This document shows positions 59,690-64,000 of a DNA stretch of 64,000 nt, in pieces. Position numbers and translations under genes: made by a program. The stretch comes from a virus, in the IMG/VR virus record IMGVR_UViG_3300034072_001149, positions 95,201-159,200 of that record. One strand, 5' to 3'. The notes beneath the pieces are model-generated. The model was not told where the DNA came from. It saw nothing but the letters and a program-made list of their open reading frames with translations, and searched no databases. Positions within the stretch are counted from its first letter, which is position 1; each line of letters begins with the position of its first letter.

Positions 59690-60082
59690 ATGGAAGAAGA
59701 CGAACTCCTTCGCTACCTAACCAATACCGCCAAATCTATTCAGCGCAGTCTGAGGTTTTCTGTCAGTGCCTCTATGATTTTTCCGGTATTCTCTGTTATC
59801 TTCTACTTCTTCGGTCCCGGTTATATCAGTTTAACCACCGTATTGGCTTCTATCACTTCATTGATTGTGGTTTACTGTATTCATTATAGCTCACATGGAC
59901 ACATACAAAACTGGTGGTGGCTCAAGCCAGGATTCTTTGTAACTATTCCAACAACGTCAGACGTTGATCAGGCCAGGAAATGGTGTAAGGATCAGTCTTA
60001 TGAATTTGTCGAAGTAACCACCGGTGTATTCAAATTCTTCAAATCTAGGGATGCCGTCCACTTCAAGCTTTCTTGCTTCTGA
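59690..60082 (+). CDS. Two-TM + FKL-motif protein
   Basis: HGHIQNWW, WCKDQ, FFKSRDAVHFKLS. Confidence 0.72.
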   Translation: MEEDELLRYLTNTAKSIQRSLRFSVSASMIFPVFSVIFYFFGPGYISLTTVLASITSLIVVYCIHYSSHGHIQNWWWLKPGFFVTIPTTSDVDQARKWCKDQSYEFVEVTTGVFKFFKSRDAVHFKLSCF

Positions 60083-60086
60083 ATAA

Positions 60087-60560
60087 TTGAAATTTAATCC
60101 GCAAGGTGTTAATCTAAATTACCTCACGAATAGATCGAATAACTTTGTGAGGAAAAGAGTGGATATTCAATCCAAACTGACTACTGGTTCCTTCGGTTTC
60201 TTGATGCGATACTTGGAGGGAATCATGGACGACTATGATTACACGCCTTATTTTCGGTCAAAGCGAAAGGATTGGGAGAGCAACTATGATCCCAAGTTCC
60301 AAAGCCCTAGTCGCGCCAAAGAGCTTCATACAGCAGCTTCTAGTCTTTCGTCCTTGCCTAGTAACCGCTGGGTTAGACCACGTCTTCCTGAGGGCTCTGA
60401 GACGCTAGGAAAAGAGTTCCTAGCAGATTTGAAGAGATGGTTTAGCGAGCATAAGATCAAGCATCGATCCTGTTTGATTACAGAAAATAGTGAAACCTTT
60501 TGGGTCTACATTTTCAAGAAGCCAAGCGACGCCGTATTGTTCAAATTAGCCTGGGGCTGA
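60087..60560 (+). CDS. FKL-motif family protein
   Basis: IFKKPSDAVLFKLAW. Confidence 0.75.
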   Translation: MKFNPQGVNLNYLTNRSNNFVRKRVDIQSKLTTGSFGFLMRYLEGIMDDYDYTPYFRSKRKDWESNYDPKFQSPSRAKELHTAASSLSSLPSNRWVRPRLPEGSETLGKEFLADLKRWFSEHKIKHRSCLITENSETFWVYIFKKPSDAVLFKLAWG

Positions 60561-60561
60561 T

Positions 60562-60909
60562 ATGAAGCATAGAAAAAAGCCAAAGCGTCGAGCATTCCGT
60601 AGAAGGTTTGTTTTACAGTCTTTTAGAGGTTCTCCCAATCTCAGAAGATGCGACCTGATCACTAGTGGTTGGCGCATCATTTCTGAACTTGAATTCGCCA
60701 AACCAATAATGCGAGATGTTGAAAGAATATGGCTCAACCTCTTTGCTCCTGATGCGAAAATCACTTATCGTTTCGTTGAGAACTATAAGAATATGCCGCT
60801 CTATCGAAAAGGCAAGTGGAACGGCAAAGCATATTTTGTCACATTCGAGGAAAAAGATGTTCTAAAAGCTATGAACTTCAGGGTTTCCTGGTGGGACTTT
60901 AATGAGTAA
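60562..60909 (+). CDS. FKL-motif family protein (divergent)
   Basis: TFEEKDVLKAMNFRVSW. Confidence 0.65.
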   Translation: MKHRKKPKRRAFRRRFVLQSFRGSPNLRRCDLITSGWRIISELEFAKPIMRDVERIWLNLFAPDAKITYRFVENYKNMPLYRKGKWNGKAYFVTFEEKDVLKAMNFRVSWWDFNE

Positions 60910-61207
60910 GAAGTGCTATGTTGTCGAATGTGATTATCGACAGCTTTCAGCAGAAGCAATTCACTGGATTGAAAACTATAGCAGCGATCTAGCTTGGATT
61001 ACACGTCGCTGGAGAATATGGTCTGAACCAGCCAGAGAGGATGAACTTACTCTGGACGAATACTTCAATATGGTCTATTCCAAACACGAACCTAAAATAC
61101 CTCTTAGGAGAAGACAGATTGACGCCGTTCAATTTGTAAGTAAAAGAGATGCTTTGTATTTCACATTGGTGTTGCTAGATGACTCACAAGGAACCAGTTC
61201 GCTCTGA
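60902..61207 (+). CDS. FKL-motif family protein
   Basis: QFVSKRDALYFTL. Confidence 0.7.
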   Translation: MSKKCYVVECDYRQLSAEAIHWIENYSSDLAWITRRWRIWSEPAREDELTLDEYFNMVYSKHEPKIPLRRRQIDAVQFVSKRDALYFTLVLLDDSQGTSSL

Positions 61208-61424
61208 TCTTATCATTCCCAAGATGCGGAATGGCAAACCCATGGGTATTCTTGTGAGAAAGCGCAAGGGCACCACCCAGACTGTCCTCCCTGAAGTCAG
61301 GGAATGGTTGCGGACCTATACAAAAGGTCATTGGTATTTCTTTACCAATTCACAGACCAATCAACTATCCATTGCCTTCCATAACAAGCAAGATGCTTTG
61401 CTTTGGAAACTCGCATGGCATTGA
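61179..61424 (+). CDS. FKL-motif family protein
   Basis: EWLRTYTKGHW...FHNKQDALLWKLAW. Confidence 0.75.
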   Translation: MTHKEPVRSDLIIPKMRNGKPMGILVRKRKGTTQTVLPEVREWLRTYTKGHWYFFTNSQTNQLSIAFHNKQDALLWKLAWH

Positions 61425-61726
61425 AGCCTTTGTTCTATATGCTGTCAAAGCACGGACCATGGGATCATCATGTCCGGGTTAACAGTATTCTGACTATGTT
61501 GGAGGTTGAGAACTGGCTCAACAGCACAGGAAAAGTGCTCAATGTGGATTATGAATGCTTAATTGAAAACATCGAGAACAAAGCCACCAAGAAGACTTTT
61601 GTTCCGAATCTTCATTCAAATCGCAACAAAACAATGGGTCGAGCAGTCCAGACGGTTGAGCCAATTATATTTTTCAATGACTCAACCATCGCGACCTATG
61701 TAAAACTTACATGGGGTGGCCGATAA
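61403..61726 (+). CDS. FKL-motif family protein
   Basis: FFNDSTIATYVKLTW. Confidence 0.7.
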   Translation: METRMALKPLFYMLSKHGPWDHHVRVNSILTMLEVENWLNSTGKVLNVDYECLIENIENKATKKTFVPNLHSNRNKTMGRAVQTVEPIIFFNDSTIATYVKLTWGGR

Positions 61727-61945
61727 TCACTTGTATCTGAATGTGATACGACCCTTGGATAGATCATAAGGCGTCATTTCAAGTTCTACGGCATCGCCTA
61801 CTAGAACCTTGATATTGTTTTTGCGCATCTTTCCTGAGATATGACCAATAATCATAGCGTCATTCTCTAGCTTCACGCGAAACAATGCGTTGGGAAGAAC
61901 CTCGGTGACTTGGCCCTTCATCTTCAGTGTATTTTCTTTGCTCAT
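61727..61945 (-). CDS. infA: Translation initiation factor IF-1
   Basis: G.V.EVLPNA.FRV.LEN...[27 protein letters not shown]. Confidence 0.97.
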   Translation of the reverse strand: MSKENTLKMKGQVTEVLPNALFRVKLENDAMIIGHISGKMRKNNIKVLVGDAVELEMTPYDLSKGRITFRYK

Positions 61946-61979
61946 ATAACTCTTCGTTAAGGAATCCCAGAGTATTTAG

Positions 61980-62387
61980 TTACCCTGAGACCTTGATGGT
62001 TTGACCTTCTACGCTATGATCATTCAACATAGGTATGATCCACCGTAAGTTGGGTATGATGTTTTGTGGTAGATCATAAGTGTCAAATACATCAATCACT
62101 TCATCAGTGCAAGTCCTAATTTCCGACAACGCCTCACTATCGTGGTGTGAAAAGAAGTGGACCTTAAAGCCTGGGCCCACTAGGGTGATCCTCAGGTCCC
62201 AGTCAAGTTCCACTCCTGCCTCTTCGATAAATTCCCTCGTCATGGCACCAAAGGAAAGTTCACCAGGCTCTATCTTACCACCAATGGCGTTGTAGAGACC
62301 AGCCTGCCAAGCCGGTCGATTCTTGAGAATCAAAGCTACTTTCGACCCGTCGTCGTTATACAGGAGACCAGCAACGTATTCCATCAT
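61980..62387 (-). CDS. Nudix hydrolase
   Basis: GGKIEPGE....AMTREFIEEAG. Confidence 0.9.
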   Translation of the reverse strand: MMEYVAGLLYNDDGSKVALILKNRPAWQAGLYNAIGGKIEPGELSFGAMTREFIEEAGVELDWDLRITLVGPGFKVHFFSHHDSEALSEIRTCTDEVIDVFDTYDLPQNIIPNLRWIIPMLNDHSVEGQTIKVSG

Positions 62388-63016
62388 CTTTTATTACCTG
62401 TTCCCATGATTTTGATCTGGTCACAAACACCAAGGTCAAGAGCTTCTTCAGCAGACAGCCAAACGTCGTGAGCTGGCAGCAGCTTTTCATCAATCTGTGC
62501 CTTTGTCATACCAGTATGCTTCATATAATGATTCATCATACGCTGCTGGGTGAGCTCATATTCACGAACGGTAGCAAAAAGTTCATGGGCTTTACCACGA
62601 TCACCCCATGACCACTGATGGCTCAGGATCGAGGTATTAGGAGTCAAGATACGATGTCCTTTGGCGCCGGCGATAAAAGTCAAGAAACCACAGCTACCAA
62701 TCATACCCAATCCAATAGTATGAACTGGAATGGCCGAACCCTCCATCGCATCAATGATTGCGAAGGCGCTGTTGACTTCACCGCCTGGACTATTGATGAT
62801 GAGAGTAAGATGATCAAAATCATTCTGCGGGGTTAGATTGGCTTCTAGGATCCAAGTCACAATCTTAGCCGCATTTTCGCTATTAAAACCACCACTCAGA
62901 AAATAGATCCCCTTGTCCCGTAAAGTGGGCTGGGGATTAACTGGCGGTGATGTCATCAGGGTGGTAGCGTCGGGTCCAACTGCGACCGCCCGATCAGCTA
63001 CGGATTTCTTTTTCAT
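62384..63016 (-). CDS. clpP: Clp protease proteolytic subunit (paralogue 2, divergent)
   Basis: INSPGG, IGSCG (Ser), SHQ (His), HDVWLSAEEA (Asp). Confidence 0.88.
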   Translation of the reverse strand: MKKKSVADRAVAVGPDATTLMTSPPVNPQPTLRDKGIYFLSGGFNSENAAKIVTWILEANLTPQNDFDHLTLIINSPGGEVNSAFAIIDAMEGSAIPVHTIGLGMIGSCGFLTFIAGAKGHRILTPNTSILSHQWSWGDRGKAHELFATVREYELTQQRMMNHYMKHTGMTKAQIDEKLLPAHDVWLSAEEALDLGVCDQIKIMGTGNKR

Positions 63017-63127
63017 GTCAACTCCTCAAACCCAACATTGGGTAACAAGGCCAATATATTAGAAAAATATCCTGTTTGTCAGTAATCAAATTTTGCGTGA
63101 TACAGCCTGCGACGCTAGAGCAACCGT

Positions 63128-63511
63128 ATGAAGAGTAAGAAGATTAAAAAGACTATCATGATTCTACAGAGTTCATCAACTGGGAGAATTCTATTAAAGA
63201 AGAGAAAAGAGACTTGGGGTTTTACCTCTGATAAAATTTGGAATGAAGACACTGCTGATGTCTTCAACGGAATAAATGAAGTCAAGACTGTTGCCCAGTT
63301 TACAGAGTCCGATGAACTGACGTTGGATTATCTCGGCTGTATAGGACAGATGAACGTTTGGCATTGCGTCTGTGATACCGAGACATCGCTTTTATCTGAC
63401 AATGTGGGTTGGTTCCCTCTTTTCAACTTCCCAGACAACTTTGATGAGATGTCAGACCGACTTTTCGAGGATGAGCTCTTTATACGAAAATTAATTTCAC
63501 CTGATAGTTGA
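63128..63511 (+). CDS. Hypothetical protein (possible degenerate Nudix fold)
   Basis: GRILLKKR..TWGF; leaderless promoter TTGCGT-17-TAGAGC-6-ATG. Confidence 0.6.
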   Translation: MKSKKIKKTIMILQSSSTGRILLKKRKETWGFTSDKIWNEDTADVFNGINEVKTVAQFTESDELTLDYLGCIGQMNVWHCVCDTETSLLSDNVGWFPLFNFPDNFDEMSDRLFEDELFIRKLISPDS

Positions 63512-63565
63512 CATCTCTTATCAAAGAAAGCATAAAGAAAGAGTAGCAAATAAATAGCTTCGTAT

Positions 63566-63648
63566 GCGCTCGTGGCGAAATTGGTAGACGCACTTGGTTT
63601 AGGTCCAAGCGAGCAATCGTGGGGGTTCGAGTCCCTCCGGGCGCACCA
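63566..63648 (+). tRNA. tRNA-Leu (anticodon UAG), CCA encoded
   Basis: Acceptor GCGCTCG/CGGGCGC, D arm GGCGAAATTGGTAGACGC, anticodon CTTGG-TTTAGGT-CCAAG, variable arm, GTTCGAGTC. Confidence 0.95.
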
Positions 63649-63690
63649 AACAAATGGATGGACACCAAGCCTAGAACCATTTGTTTTCAA

Positions 63691-63807
63691 CCTACAGGCT
63701 GGGGTTCGGCCCCAATGTAAAAAGCCTAGCAGTCGCTTAAGCGGGCGGAGGTTGGGATGAACGTGATCCCTTCCGAGTGTTGCGACTCCCTTCTGGGGAC
63801 CTGTAGG
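63691..63807 (+). ncRNA. Candidate structured non-coding RNA of unknown class
   Basis: Closing stem CCTACAGG/CCTGTAGG plus several nested stems. Confidence 0.45.
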
Positions 63808-63831
63808 AAGATCGAACAATGGAGAATTGTT

Positions 63832-63966
63832 GTGATCGTTGAAATTCTGATTAAATCCTTTTTTGCCCTAATGATGCTCGCTATGATCTATGGCGGGTGG
63901 AAACAGATTCCACCGGAAAGCCCTGAAATCCTAGAAGCTCGCAAGCGTTACGGGAAGTCCAAGTAA
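63832..63966 (+). CDS. Small membrane protein
   Basis: GGAG RBS, GTG start, one TM helix. Confidence 0.55.
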   Translation: MIVEILIKSFFALMMLAMIYGGWKQIPPESPEILEARKRYGKSK

Positions 63967-63971
63967 ACACT

Positions 63972-64000
63972 GACTCCTTAGGCTAACTGGAAAAACCGGA
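63972..64000 (+). tRNA. Possible 5' part of another tRNA (truncated by the window edge)
   Basis: GACTCCT-TA-GGCTAACTGGAAAAACC resembles an acceptor strand plus D arm. Confidence 0.35.

Noticed and set aside
63649-63700. tRNA-associated theta (HDV-like) ribozyme
   Set aside because: The sequence right after CCA is a simple AT-rich hairpin; I could not build the nested pseudoknot by eye
1-64000. Bacterial chromosome origin, suggested by cysS, clpA, clpP, infA, coaD, def and ligA
   Set aside because: These genes are interleaved with T4-like polymerase, clamp, RNase H, Rnl1, fibres and dense small ORFs, without bacterial synteny
1-64000. Stop-codon reassignment
   Set aside because: Conserved genes are full length in the standard code, and TAA, TAG and TGA all occur as plausible stops

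Overview
64 kb of a large T4-like/jumbo myophage genome in the standard genetic code. Genes lie mostly on the minus strand up to about 55.3 kb, then on the plus strand. The host is probably an alphaproteobacterium (inference). Replication and repair: family B DNA polymerase, sliding clamp, RNase H-like 5'-3' exonuclease, NAD-dependent ligase next to a remnant of a T4-type ATP ligase, UvsE and an HhH glycosylase. 7-deazaguanine cluster: folE, QueD-like and queE with a purine phosphoribosyltransferase and a glycosyltransferase; no queC or dpdA is recognisable in the window, and 4-5 homing-type endonucleases are inserted in and around it. Translation and proteostasis: cysteinyl-tRNA synthetase (missed by the ORF track), IF-1, peptide deformylase, DnaJ, ClpA, two ClpP paralogues, Rnl1 RNA ligase and tRNA-Leu. 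Also a MoxR/VWA pair, CoaD and a virion fibre module with collagen repeats. Most striking unexplained features: (i) about 22 small divergent paralogues sharing a C-terminal F-x4-(D/H)A-x2-FKL-x-W motif; (ii) short peptides resembling pieces of essential proteins: a T4 Gol/major-capsid peptide and a terminase Walker-B segment appended to two of those paralogues, and a stand-alone ValRS-like helix peptide; (iii) recurrent leaderless promoters overlaid by inverted repeats; (iv) candidate structured RNAs, including one directly after the tRNA. All calls come from reading motifs by eye; no searches were run.
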